Assembly: GCA_046563655.1 (NCBI GenBank)
Contig: CM102286.1
Location: 2,356,001 to 2,420,000, forward strand
Direction of reading: 5' to 3'
Origin: Yuukianura sp. NJ FZ-2021
Taxonomy: Eukaryota
Length of the DNA stretch: 64,000 nucleotides
Shown: piece by piece, positions 50,301-64,000 of the stretch
Position numbering within the stretch: position 1 is the stretch's first letter
Layout of the letters: each line of letters starts with the position of its first letter
Program-made: the position numbers and the translations under genes
The notes under the pieces: generated by a model
Databases searched by the model: none
Told to the model about the DNA's origin: nothing
What the model saw: the letters and a program-made list of their open reading frames with translations, nothing else

Positions 50301-53300
50301 TTTGGAGTTACAGGATTTGGTCAATGGAAATTTATGTTTCAGTTTTATGTGGCAAATTTGTGGATACATTCCACAATCACTGGTAGCCGAGGAGGACGTG
50401 TCCCTACTCGCTGCCAAGCTGTCGGTTACGTTCTTCTTGGAGACGTTTATTCATGCCAAGGAGAAACCGACAATGGTGCAATGGGTCGAACATTTGACGA
50501 AGCAGCTCTCTGCATCACAAAGTGCAGCGGCGTGGTTTCTAGATCATATGGGTGAAACGGATTGGTGGCCAGTTCAAATCCTGCTGAAGTGTTCTAATCA
50601 AATTGTGCGACAAATGTTTCAACGTCTCTGCATTCATGATGTGCAGCAAGTCAGGTAAGATGTTATAGTTTTAAGCTGAATTTTCTGAAAATAAATTGTG
50701 CAATTGCAATGTTTTTGCAGCCGAGCCCACCATGTTTCCCTTCTGTATCCGAAACCATTTGTGGATCAGCCAGGGGATCCAGATGCCCTTACCATTGCGG
50801 AATATACAAACTATTCTTGTATTACAAGATTCATCAAACGATTACTTTCATTGGTAAGAACCAAATTCTGGAATTACATGAGATAAAGATCTATACGCGT
50901 GTGAAACTAAAATACTATGTTTTGTGATGCAGTTGGAACATGGTGCCAAGCAGTACTTGAAGAACTTGACTGAATACTTTACGCTGTTACACGACTTTAG
51001 CAAGTTGGGAGATGAAGAGTGCCTTTTTCTGATTAACATGGATGCTATCACGGTCATGGTTAACTTCTATTTGGGAAAGAAGGAGGATCCTGTAAGGAAA
51101 TCTTTGTATTTTTTTTTTAGGAAAAATTTTCAAGTGTAACTTTTTTTTTTCGAAATTTAATTCAGATTGAACATGGAAGCGAAGAAGAAGAGGAAGAGGA
51201 GGAAGTGGTGTGTATTCCTGCAGAAAAGAACAAAGTGACTTCTCTGGAGAAGATGATTGCATTAGTTGCAATTTTAGTGGAGAAATCTCGGGATGATTCA
51301 AATCATCTTAAATTGTCACCGAATGATATGAACTCTCTCACTGGAAATGTAAAAGGACCGCCAGATCAGGTAAAGCCTTCCTTGGATTGAAAATTTATGT
51401 AAAACGCGTGTTTCTGAATTCTTGTTTTTTTTCTTTAAATTGTAGAAGTTCCAGTTTATTCTTCAGCAAATTCGAGATGGAATTAATTTGCAAAGTACAA
51501 GGAATATGATCTTCTCGCTGTGTCGCTGGAATGAACCGTTAGCAAGAGATATTGTTGGTGCCATTATTAGTACCATACGGAAGCATCCAGAGGTAAACAA
51601 CTCTTGATACATGACAGTCTTGGGCTAAACACTTGAATGATGACAAGTTTTCACTTAAGTTTTCCTCTATTTTCAGATTTGCAATCCTTTCTTCAAAGTG
51701 CTTACTTTGTTGTCTGAATTGGGAGGAATGCCACCAGGAATGCCGCCGTTTACTGACTTCATCTTAGGCAAGATTTTGGATGTAATCGAGTGTTGTGCGT
51801 ATCCAACACTGGAGTGGTTGGCCTCACAGGTTCGTTTTGATCTTGTTGTTAAAAATATAAAATAGAACATGTGAAATATAATAATGAAGTTCTTCTCCTT
51901 TTACAGGTTCCGCGGAACAAAACTGTTCAAGCGTGGTGCCTCGACACAATGGGGACATGGACGGAACATTTTCTTCTAAGTCATTCGCAACAACGTGTCA
52001 GAAATGGTAATGCGATTGAAAAACCTCCATGATGACATAAGGAGACAATGTACTAATACCTTCTTTTTTAATAAATCTGTTACTGGGAAATAGGAGCCGC
52101 ATCACTTCTTGTGTCTCTTGTGCCAAATCAGGCATTCCGTCAAGGGTTCCGCAGTTCTAAAATATTCACGGGTCACCATTGCAGGGAAAATTACTCTTTG
52201 AGTCCAGAAGCTCTTGGTATTTTGCATACCGTAAGTAATTGTTATGTGCTCTGTATATGATTATATTGTATGAGTTTTAAGTGATTTGAAGATAAAATAT
52301 GTTTCTCATCATTGATGCCTTGCAGATTTATTTGAGACTATTGAATCTACTGAAGCCTGCAAAACATTACACGGATCCAGCAACCCATGGAACGACAAAG
52401 CTCACTGGTTACTTTGCCGTCCTCACCTACTTTACCATTTCGAAGGCGGAAAGGCTGCTCGTAAGTTAGACAATAAGCTGTTACCAATAGAAAGCGCGGC
52501 TTTTCATACATAGCTGATTTACTTTGTTTGCAGTTTGGCCAGTATTTCTTAGATTTGTGGAACCTCTTCCACCCGAAATTATCTGAACCTGCAATTTCTT
52601 GTCATCACAACAAACAGTCCCTTCTTCTATTTTGGCATCACGCGTTGATTGATTGTCCGGAAAATGTTCAGCGAATTTTACAAAATCCAGTGATCAAGAC
52701 ACATATTGCTTTCAATTATATCTTGTAAGTGAATTTTTAGCTCAGCCCAAACCATATTTAGTTATTGTAACAACTTCTGCCTGTTTTTTTTAGGGCTGAT
52801 CACGAGGAACAGGACGTCGTTACGTTCAACAGAACAATGCTGCCGGCATATTACGCCATTCTGCGTTACTGCTGTCAAGCTTCTCGTCAATTCTCGAGTC
52901 AACTTGCGCGCCATCAGAATATGAGTTGGGCCTTCAAGAACATAAGTCCATTTCCCAACCAATACCCAGCGGTAAGAAAACTAATTAAATTAGACACAAT
53001 GCATTTATTCCGTTTGTTTTGAAATTTTCATGTTGAGTTTTTCATAATTTGGTATAGGCCGTGGAGGAGCTGTTGAAACTAATGAAGCTGTTTGTTTACC
53101 GTCCGAACGATGCAACTGAGCAAGAAATCGAAGAAATCTCAATGTTCAAACGAAATACACTGCAGTTGTATTTGTCAGTTCTAGATGGAAGATCCCATTG
53201 GACAACACTTATTTCAGCTTTTCGAATTCTGGTTGAAACTTTTGAAGATCGTCTATTCGTCGTGGCCCATAATGGTTTAAATCTGCTGTTTGATGTAAGA

Positions 53301-55264
53301 TTGTTATGATTTAACTGAGAATGGGAATATTTTTTGACTCGATTTTGACAACGTAAAATTCTTATCTAGGCGCTCCATAATTTACATACTATGCATCACG
53401 AAGCTACCGCTTGCCATGTGACTGGAGAAATTGTTGACCTTCTGAATCTGATCAGCAGCATTTTGCATAGTTTTCGAGCCAGAGATGTTCCTCAGCCAGT
53501 GCAGGTTTACGGGTCCAGTGAAGCAGTACAGATTCACAAGATTATTGGGGCTTGTAAGGAGTGGCCAGAAGTTTTACGGAAGCTTGCTACTTTCCTCAAC
53601 ACTTACAACAGTGCTGAACTCAGGGTAGCTGCCATTGGTGAGTTTAGTTACTAGTACGTAGCTTACGACACGATCCTCTCCCGTTTATAATGTTTTCATT
53701 TGCCTTTTTTGCAGATACTATGACTGAATTCCTTTACCTGATGCCCTTGGACACGCTAAAGACGTTAGTTCCGTTGATGAGTCATTGTCACAGTGCTTAC
53801 CAAGATGCTCAAAATACCGGGATGGGACCAGCTCTTGGTCCTACCTTTCCAAAACGGACTCATCATACACACGGAGTCCCCATCAAGCCGTCCGTGAGAC
53901 CGCCGCGGCCTATGCTCCAAATGGCTATACCACATCTAAACAGAGATGCTAGCAGAGAGAGGGCAGGATATAAGGTGATAACAGATTTTACAATGGTGAG
54001 GAATGTTGGTATAACTTTTTAACGGGGTTCCGAATTCTTTTTAGGGATTTGAGGATGAATACGATCACCAACTTCGGGAATTTTATGCTCCATATCATGT
54101 CTTCGTAGACTTGATGTGTCGCTTTGCGTTCTTGAAGGATTTCATTACCCAAGAATTAATCGCGTTGAGTGCAATGGTAGGATACGAAGGGGCTCCACTT
54201 CGTATGGTCCACTTCCCAAAATTGTGGACAGAAGTCAAAAAATCTCCGGTAACAAGCTCGTTAAATACAAATCTGATATCAGTGAAGCTAAATTAGCGTT
54301 ATTTGTTGAATATTTTCAGAATATTGACCGAAAGTACTTGCAAATACTAGTCAACACAACCCATTTTACTGACTATGTCGAACTGGTCATAACACAGGAA
54401 CGTTTTTCTATGAGTCATGAGTTTATCTACAAGTTCATGAGGAACTTTATGCCAATTGTACGTATTTGTTTACGCTTATAACGAATAATCAAATGTTAGA
54501 TACTTGACCTTGTAATTTTGAAGTTTTTTTTTTTTTAATTTCAGGTTTATGACAAAATTATAGCTATACCTTCAGTGGCAAAGGTAGCCGCTATCGTAGT
54601 GTCGGATCTACACAATGTGGTGACCAAGCAGATGACGGATTTTGAAGAGTTGGCTGCACGAATAATTGCCGATCTAAAAACCTTGGGCTTGTTGTACGTT
54701 CCGTCCATTGGGAAACCAATTCTCGACGCTCCGCTGCCAAATCCAGCTCCCTCAACGGCACAAGTCTGTGAATGCTTACGTAAACTTTACGTTTACGTAA
54801 AAGCATGTGTAGCCGAGATGCTTATCACAAACCAGACGGAAAAGGAACCAAGTAAGCACCGAATACATTTGTATCTGTTATATAAATAGCATCTACATCA
54901 ATTATATGTGGATGTTATGTTCTTTTGGTATGTTTTATGAAAATGCTGAGCAACTTAATTGTCTTCTTGTTTAATCTAAGACGAATGTCCTCCCAAACGT
55001 CGACGAATGCAGGACCAGGGGCAAGGCGACACTCACGTTTGTGAATTGCCGCTTATTGAACCGTCGGTTGATAGCGAAGAGCATGAGAGGAACACTGCGT
55101 TGAAAGTGTCAATAGAATACGACCTGGATTGTGGAATACTGGGAGCTATTGCTAAAATTTTGAAGAGACTTGACTGTGATATCGAGTCGAGCGAAGTACA
55201 AGCCCCGGCAGTGGAACAGCAAGCAGCAACGGACGGTCCTCCTAGTGCTCCGCCCCCATCTTAA
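41338..55264 (+). CDS. USP34: Ubiquitin carboxyl-terminal hydrolase 34 (multi-exon)
   Basis: Cys box GYVGLTNLGATCYMASCMQHLY; His box YDLIGVTVHTGTADGGHYYSFIRD...WYLFNDAEV. USP34-type segments include GLDLAFKYFLSSTLTMRLSG, SEKNMADFDGEE, DKFMDFSFEKTNSAYMLFY and MHHEATACHVTGE. Only some splice junctions were checked. Confidence 0.96.
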
Positions 55265-56277
55265 GTATGTGGTGTCGAAATTACACTGCAAGCACAAAAT
55301 TCATTTGAAGGAAGTCTCAATTTCAACAAGGAATCGCAGCCCATGGTTTTTTACGGTTACACTTTTTTATTTATCATCACAAAGAAAAATTAAATGGATG
55401 ATGGATCTCATACGATTGAATTTATCCGAAATAACATTTAGGATTCACGCACGGTAAGAAGTAAAAGCTTAACAATTTCTAAGAAAATTTTAATCTACAG
55501 CAATCCGGTGCGACTCTTTTTACAATGGCAAAATTTTGTTTGAGAAAAAAAGTCCGGTTTGCATAGCCATGGGCTGTGCTTGGGAGATTTCAGTTATCGG
55601 GAGCACACGCATCCTGCTTCGTAGTATTTTTATTTTTTATTTTCAACTTCCGGAGTCATACATTACACTTTGTAAATCCTTGTAGGTACTCAACTCTTAA
55701 GTGTTTGGCCACTTTTTCTGAATGACGTAAAGTATGGTTATTTTCGATGGACGAGTGAGTCTTGTCTTGGTCAATTGAATGATTACATTTTTTTTCTTCT
55801 GGGAGAGCCTGTACTGAGATTCTTAGAACTGAACAATTCCTTCATTTTTTCCAGACATGTAACTTTTTGTAACCTGAAAAAATGAGACGTCTACGTAGGT
55901 AATTTATGTTATGTAAGGTGACGAATGCTTCATCACTTAATTTTCAAAATATAAAGAAAAAAGTGTGGCAAAAGATGATAACAATGCATCATCATTGACC
56001 AGTTGAATAACAACAACAAGATTGGTGAAAACTGAGGTATAAAGCTAGGACTGACCTTGGTAAAAACTAACTTAACCTATGGGAAATTTCCAATTGATTT
56101 TAATTGGCGTTTTCCTCAAATTAACAATTTGAATAAGATTCTGGTTGCCATAAAATGTACTTTTAGCTGCCCTGTCTTTCCAATAACCAACATTGAAAAT
56201 TTACGACAACGAGTTAAGGTAGTAGTATAAGGTATGTACCTCAAACTTAAAAACTTGTCACTATCATGTGCTTTTTT

Positions 56278-57618
56278 TTAAATGATTTCATTGTCAATTA
56301 ATGTCAGGTTGACGCATCCGGGTCTTCCGTGTCGTGTGAAAGCCACTATTTGTCCGGAACCACATTGGTCAGAAACGGATCCCAGTTCTGCGCAAGTATC
56401 ATTGAGCGGAACGAATTCTTTAAATTCAAGTTCATTTTCTGACAAGGATCCAATGTCAAGGCACGGATTTGGGGAACACCGTGGTCGGTCGTCGTCGTCC
56501 AAGACAAGCCACTCCGTTGATGGACAGTACCCCTAAATTAGCACGTAAAACGAAACCGATTTAATTGAGTCCACTTTGGGATTTGAGGTGACTACGTATC
56601 ACCTCACTTTATGAATATTATAATAACTTGTAAACAAGGAAAGTGGTTACAAGTTTGTTTTTTGTTAAAGCTCCGTTACCTGTTTATACACGAAATAGCA
56701 GTCATTGGTCTCAAAGTGATGAATCAGAGGACGAAAGGCATTAGTAGAGGTCAACTGAGGTGGACGACAAATACATTTTCCGATTGCCAAGGTCGAAGGT
56801 TGCTTAACGAAAATCATGTTTGAACCGCAAGGGCCCCTTGAACCAACTTCATAGCATTTCCGTGAAATCAGATGAAATCGGTAGATTGGAAGCAAATCTG
56901 GTGGAATATTCGGACAGAGCCTTGCCCTTCAAAAAAATGAAAAAAAAAACAAATGACAATTTTTATTAAATTTGGAAACCAGTTTAGGTAGCGACATTTT
57001 AGCAGCATGACTCACGATGAGCCGTCACGCGTGGAATGTGATGCAACAGAAACGTTTTTTTTTGTTTGCACTTTTCAAATTATAATGTTTCGAGTCGTAG
57101 CAAATTTGCAAAACGCAGTTAGTTTGTTTGTGAGTTAAATTGAATTTTATATAATTGCGTGGCCTACTTTAACCTTTTTTGCCTCTATCCTTCCTTATCC
57201 TATCAGATTTACTTTTACGGATTTCTTGTTTTGCAGGTTTTTCAAAATTTCAAGATTTACTACATTCCTTGAGGGCATTAGAGTGTAACGCACTTTAAGT
57301 TGAGACGTTAGGACAGGTTGTTCCCTAGAGCTTTTTTTGCGCGTAGTCGTGGTTTAGCTTACATTTCAAATACAATTTTCAGACAAAGTTTTATGAGCAA
57401 TGAAACATTTATGGTTTTCGAAAGAAAAAAGTCAAGTCTTACCTGAATTCTAGTGCCCGGACGGAATTTTCCAACAGGCTCATCAACGGACGCTGCTGCT
57501 GATACTGTTGGTAGTACGAGCGATGGTACACTTGATTGTAGCTGATGCCAATTGCGTTTCCATTTCCGCCAGAAGCTAATCCCAGCGTTAGGATTATCAG
57601 AAACTGAATCTTGTGCAT
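56278..57618 (-). CDS. Secreted cysteine-rich protein, DUF4789-like (225 aa)
   Basis: Exons 57618-57443, 56926-56680 and 56532-56278 are in phase. Signal-like MHKIQFLIILTLGLASG; motifs CYEVGSRGPCGSNMIF, CYFVYKQGYCPSTEWLVL and PRCSPNPC. Confidence 0.8.
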
Positions 57619-60233
57619 TGTAGTTTGCTTAATTTTTGTACTAATGAAAGGCTTAAGAGAGTCTTCGTCTTTAACGAAATTGTTTTTAATTCCAAATTGT
57701 TAATACTTAAGTCACTTAAAAACTTGCTCAAAACTGCTCACATTATGCTCTCATAAGTTTCTTTAGACTACTACTGGTCAATTGAATTGGAAAACGAAGA
57801 CTGAATTGTGTACTGTTTTCAGTTTAAGTTCAAATTTTCAACTGACGGTGCAATTCTATTGTTGGAAATGAAGTTTCGAGAAGATGAAGTTGCGGAGGCG
57901 TCTTTTCAGAAACACAGCAGCACCACGAATGAAGACAGGCGACAAGATCTCTTAAGTTTTTAAGTGGGATAACACCTAACGAAAAGTGCAAGATCAAACA
58001 AGATCGTGTTTTTTGTTGTGAATTTCCTATTTGTCAAGTTTACGGGATTGGATATTGTTTGGTTCTGACCTCAGAGAACGTCAGACGTACGTTGATTCAC
58101 ACTCGAAACATTTTTGCAACTAACCTTTTCGGCGTCGTTAAAGTTCAAAAGAACAAAGGAAACAAAAATCTCATTGGAGGAGATTGAAACGGTGAAACGT
58201 TATTTACCCCCTCAGATTTCTGGACAAAACTGGTACAGATTCACAGAATTCTTTTTTTGGGTGGAAAAACTCTAAAAAGTTGATCATCCTTACAAGGTAT
58301 TTTGTAGAAGTTGGTTTCAGTACTAGTAATTATGGTAGGCGTTAACGCCAAAATTTAATAAACGAAAGTTTATCGCCAATTGCGTATAATTTGCAGTTCA
58401 AATTTTGACCTGGATTTGATGCCGTACTTTCCGATGTCCCTGGATGGTACTTAGCTTTAGAACTTAATAAATTTCAATTAAAAAATCATTAAGAAAACTG
58501 TTTGAATCGATCTGTGTTCAGCGGTGAAGCAATCATTTCAGTTAGAAATTTTGAAAAGAAATTTATAAAAAGAAAGAAATTTAATTTCGGTTTTTCGAAA
58601 AAAAAATTGCTCCATGGAATTGAAGATGCTGCTTCTTATGGCTCGAACCCCGAACGCTTCGTTCGATACGCAGGACATCACTTCTCGTTGGTTGGAATTA
58701 AAATTTAAAAAAAAATGAATTCAAAAATTTTGTAGAATTTTAAAAGAAAAAATCATTTGGAAGAATCATGAAGAGATTAGCTCTCTACGGCATTCCATTC
58801 CGGAGATTCGAATTTCGAAAGTTTTTGAAATTTGGAAAAGATTTTGCTGTGTAAAGTTAAAGGTTCTGCTGGGAAACTGACCGGAGCTGCAAGGGGATCG
58901 TACGGCCGAAAAAGGCTCCTCTCCTTTTCTCAACTTTTTTCCGCCACTCGATTTCTTTTTCTGTAGTGAACAAAGGAGGGTCGTGGAGCCTGTTTGGTCC
59001 GCATAATCCCCTATCTCAAACCTACAAAATTCAGTTGTGCTCCTCACGGTTTTTCTGCGCCCATCGAAGCGCTGCAAATGCTTCAGACCAACGCTAAATT
59101 AAACAAATCGGAACCGCTCGATATTCTAAACACAATTTTCAATTCTTTATGTTTTAAATTTTTAGAAAATTTTAAAAATCGCAACTTTTCCCTTGTAAAT
59201 TTTAAAATTTGCAAGTTTTCGCTAAAAAATGTTAAAATTCGTAACTTTTAGCTAGATAATTTTAAAAATCGTAATTTTTCGCTGGAAAATGCTAAAAATA
59301 GCCACGTTTCGAAGGAATTTCAGAAGTTTCAGTAGTGTTTTTATTTACACATGCATCTAAAAACGCAGTTTGATTTTAAGACGTCATCCTAGCCAGTAAG
59401 AGGATTTTAACAAGTTTTAGAATAAGGTTATATAAATTCTTTTAACTCAAAAGAGGCCTCTTACTAATTAGAATTAGCAATTAGTTTTGGTCGATCGATA
59501 CGTGTCCAGTTTTGTTGTAAGTCTGGCGTGTGTGGCTGGTGATTTTCTAAAATCTACGTAGTAAACAGGCTAAATAACAGGAAAATTTTGTAATTTGAAC
59601 TTTCTGTGTCTGTTCTGTATTAAATATGGTAAAAGGACTCCTTGCAAACACTGCTACATTAAACGCTGTCTTCGTAAACTAATACGATAATTGTATACCT
59701 CCATTTGGAAACGGATAAATTAGTTAAGTGCACTGCTGAAACTTAAAACCATTTCATGAACATACACTCATGGATCTGTGTACTACCTCCCATTTGTTTT
59801 TTAAAATAACAGTGTTTTATACTATTAACCACTCTAAATTTTTAACTTTATAAATAAAAGTAAACAAAAAAAAAAAGGAACAAATGTACAATTTGTAAAT
59901 AATCAAGAGTAGACATTTAGAAAACAAACAGGAATTACACACGCTTATTCCGTCGTTCTTTTTAGCTTAATATATAATAGTGAAAAATTTGAACGGGAGA
60001 ACAGATGGACTTGTGTGCTTTAAATGTGTGTTACGACCTAATAGAATCACAACTTCATCAGGCAATTTCCATGTGCATCCATCCAACATCCATCACACTT
60101 CCAGCGCCAGTTCCCGCTTGGCCATTGGTTCGGGACTGTTCGTAACAACTTCAACCAAAAAATTAACTGTACTTCTTTTGTGTTCAACACGGACGCTGTA
60201 GGAGTGGGAATAAATTAAACTTTAGCTCTTCAG

Positions 60234-63200
60234 TCAACGACGTTCATGATGAGATGATGTTTCGGCTGGAGAAATTGATCTCCAGACGGGTACGACTTTT
60301 GTATCTGCTAAAATAGGACTGGATATTGACGCTGCTAAGTTGGATACAGATAGAGCCGCTGGTGTTGGAGGAACAATCCGTGGACGAGGCATCATCGACT
60401 CTGGAATTCCTTTTGAAATCAAACAAAAAACTTAGCAAATGTGAATCAAAGTACGAAAAAACAAGAAAACAAACACGCATCGGCTTACCGGCATTTACAG
60501 GGAGGTGAACTTTCTTGCACGGAGAACGGGCTAACCGACGCATTTCACTTGCTGTCAGGGTCCTCCGAATTTTTCTGGAACAAAAATACGATAAACGTAT
60601 TTCATAGAAATCGTAGACGAAACGATTTCTATCAAGAAAAAAAGGTATTAAATATTTACTTGGAAAGGTCGGTGGAGCAAAAATAGAGGTCATCTGGGGC
60701 ATCCATCCATGAAATAATTTGCTTTCTAGACCCAATTCGAGTAACAGTAGCTACTTTTGCCTTTGTCCCGTTGACGTGGTTCACAACTGCTCGAGCATTG
60801 AGAGTGAGAGTCGTTCCCACTGCGGGGAGACCTTGAGCGACAAAGGGGAGTGGATGCGGTGAGCCATCGCGACTTCGCGGATGATTTATGGTTTCGGGCA
60901 TATCCCATCCCATTCTTTTCATAGGTGGACCTGCAAATTAGGACAGGACATCATTATCGTAATAAATAATCATAGTCGTCAAATGCTGAAAAGCTAGAAT
61001 TTTGACCAAGATGAAGCATGAAAACTTGTCCCTTACCGTCAATTCCGTTGATTTCTTCATAGCCTCGTTTCTTTAGTAGTGTTGGTGACAACATTCCTGG
61101 AACCATGACGGCAAATTTCTCAGGAACACGTTCGTATATCAGTGAACCATCTGTAACAGACAATTCAGAAATATGGTTTAGAAAAAAAAAGTCATGCTTA
61201 GGCTAACAAATTTTTCTAAAATGTAACTTCCTCAGTCATGTGAAATTGAAATGCGAAATATTGTTTTTTTTAAAGCATCATCTTCATCACACTCTCTAAC
61301 TTTCCATAGTATTACTTTAAAAAAAAGTCTTCATCAGGCTAAAAAATTGGAACGATTGAATAGGTTTGTGGCGAAGCCCCAGCACGCAAGCGTAGCATCC
61401 ATTTTAGTTCTAAGTACCAAACATAATGTTGTACTAGATCTAGTAGCAAAATCAAACCTGGAGCTTTTGGTGGCTTTGGATATGCTTCCTTGATAGGCCT
61501 AGGTAACTTTGACTTGTCGGTGAGAATTAGCCACTCTGGAGTTACTCTCATCACTTGACCAAGAGACTGCGCAATATCGGAAACTCTAAAATTGGTTAAC
61601 TTTCTTCTCCTGTTGGTCACGATAGCCTTCAATTCTTCGGCCGATCTACCCATAACTTGTTGTTGACCTGGAATAACAAGTTTGGCATTAACAATTTAGC
61701 ATAATCATGTTAATGCCGTAATTTTGCAATAACTCCTACGTTATATAATATAGTGAAAGTGACTTACATTCCTGCTTGATCAGGAGCACATTAATTGGCC
61801 AGAATGGTGATCTCGAAGCATGTCTGGGCCTCAAAATATCACTGCAAATCCGACGAGCTATACGAGTCATTGGTGTTGTGTGGAGGTAGAAGGCAGTCCG
61901 AGTTTTCATGACAGGACGAGGAGAACCAGTCCTCATTCCAAAATTATGGGATGTAGCGTAGTGTCGACCCAACTGGCTTTTCATTTTGAAATCCTGGAAA
62001 CATTGTAATCAAACGAATATCAGTTAGAGTAACTCGAACAGTCGGAGTGCCGAATTCAGAATTCTGTTTAAGTGTTTCCTTAAAATCAATGTTAACGAGC
62101 ACCTTTACCTTTCCACAGCCTGGCACAGCACATCGATGTAGCCGTTGTTGGAGTAAACCCGGAGTGCGTTCAGGAGGTTGAATGTCTCCGTCCTCCGATG
62201 ATGGGCCCTTCGCTTTCTTAATCTCCATTTCACCATCAACTGGGAATAACAAAGTAACACACATTTTAATAAAACAAAATACACATCGTGGACCACGTAA
62301 TTTAAGGCCTTATGATACTTACAAAGTTTATTTGGTTGTTTCATTCCTCCATATTTTCTCCAGTAGTTCCAGCAATTGTTGCATAATTTAGCTTGAATTC
62401 CGCTGGGTCCCGTCCAGGCGAACCATTGCACAGAAGCCGTTTCTACAACAAATATTATAGAATATTAACCGAAAAATAGTTGAGACGATCGTGAGAGCGA
62501 GTAGTCAATTTATAGATGTAAGTTGTTAAACTTACGAGAACATGATTCGCACGTCTGTCCTGTGATGAGTGTGTCCGCTGCATTGCTTCCGTTCACCATT
62601 CTGTTTCCAATTGACATTAGTGCAGCAGGATTAGGCTTATTGCTGAAAACAAAGTTAATGTTAAGTCAAGCTTGAGTAAAAACACATCGGAAGTTATTAC
62701 ATAACGCACAAATTCTTGTGAAAATGCTTACTAATTTGGAATATAGACTTGTTTAAGTTTAGACTCGTTCTCGGCCGCTTTCACCCGCTTTTGTTGAACA
62801 TATCTGTCCGTTGTCTTCCACATGTAATAGTACTCGACAATGTTCTTGGCAGTTTTCCAAGGGAGATAGTCACATCGAATGTCGTGAAAGTCCTTTCCAT
62901 ACTTCTCAAGAGCCTCCTCAAACAAATTCGCCTGGTGACATACAAGTCATACTAATCAATTACAAGATCATCCCAGACGAGTACAAAATGGCAGTTTTAA
63001 AAATGAATGTCACTTGCGAACCTCTGATGCCGACCACTCCTCAATTTCGTCTCTACAGAGTAGAGGGCCAGTAGAAGGTACAAGATCTGAGACGGCTTCG
63101 GTAAGATCATAATTATTCTTGTGTAGAGTATTCATGGCATGAAACTAGAGAAATAATTCATGTCAACCACCAACCAACATCTACATCGCCACCTCTTTCT

Positions 63201-64000
63201 CATTCCAAGTCACTCACCAAGGTTACATCCCTTGACGCCGCAGCAGCACTCATGTGGAGACTCGGCTGCTTGATTGAGCTGGAGCAATCCAGGGCCCTGG
63301 CAAACGTCCCAACAGAACGCGATATGACTAAGAACTGGTCGATTTGTTTGTCCGTCAACTGGTGGTCTGGGTGCCAGACGAGCGTTTCCAGCTCACTCAG
63401 GTTTCTTCCATCAGTTTCCCCTGGAGGTAAAACCATAAAGTAAGTAAAACGTTTCAAAATTAATGACATTGAATTGGTTTACCTTCGCGGAGTGTAGCCC
63501 TTGGTGTGTCTGCCTGGTACCTTTGCCCTACTCGAATTTCCCCGCGGTCTGCCAACAACGTCTTCTGCTGTGGGTCATAGACCAGTGAGTAGAAAAACGT
63601 ATCCTGAAAGGCAAAAAGCAACCGCCGTCATAAACATTAGCTTCCAAAGTGCCAAGTATAGAAAGTAGCCTCTCACATCTTTGTTCAGGTAGGATTGGAG
63701 CGCTTCTGTTTCATTGAGAAGCGTCACAGAGCACTTCCCACGTATTTGTGTGGCAGGAAGCGTCTCCACTTGTCTGGAAAGAAAAAGCTCTCGGTGCCTG
63801 AGCAAGTGTTTGTCCTTGGCTCCCAGGGCGTCACGATCCTTCCCTTCCTCTTCATCTAAGGCACCTACAAAATTATGAAACAAATCAAATAAAAATGGTC
63901 CAGCATCCAAATTTCAAATTTCATCTAATTCAGTAGCAACTTATTTATGAAAATCTTAATCCAAAATCCTTCTACTTCAGGCACCCTTCTGTCAAATGTG
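60234..64000 (-). CDS. MTA1: Metastasis-associated protein (NuRD subunit), 5' part outside the window
   Basis: [34 protein letters not shown]2 [43 protein letters not shown]...[16 protein letters not shown], and GATA-like finger CESC...[14 protein letters not shown]. The exact last exon is uncertain. Confidence 0.95.

Noticed and set aside
58500..59330. ORFs and short AT-rich repeats between the DUF4789-like gene and MTA
   Set aside because: Low-complexity sequence without a supportable gene model or element termini.
31955..64000. ARID4 (Sin3) and MTA (NuRD) as a functional chromatin gene cluster
   Set aside because: Adjacency alone is not evidence. They are on opposite strands, separated by unrelated genes, and no shared regulatory element was seen.

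Overview
AT-rich eukaryotic DNA with short GT-AG introns, probably from an arthropod (inferred from teneurin, MRCK, ARID4 and DUF4789-like content). It has three zones. (1) 1-9.8 kb is a nested satellite: a ~240-bp spacer, a 49-bp array, a linker and an 11/33-bp array, repeated as 0.86-1.6 kb units. (2) ~10-27.6 kb is a mosaic of intron-containing gene fragments (teneurin, two Rogdi copies, permuted NDUFV1, a Tudor domain, SREBP) plus nested MITEs. Two apparently intact spliced genes sit inside it. The main find is a 12-exon, >=771-aa minus-strand gene (18948-15145) that fuses four C2H2 zinc fingers to a hinge-less mini-SMC6-like head with degenerate ATPase motifs. The other is a 127-aa coiled-coil orphan. 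(3) 27.7-64 kb is an ordinary gene block: the 3' part of MRCK/gek, ARID4 (one apparent frameshift), USP34, a secreted DUF4789-like gene and the 3' part of MTA. All homologies are by eye against remembered family sequences; no searches were run.
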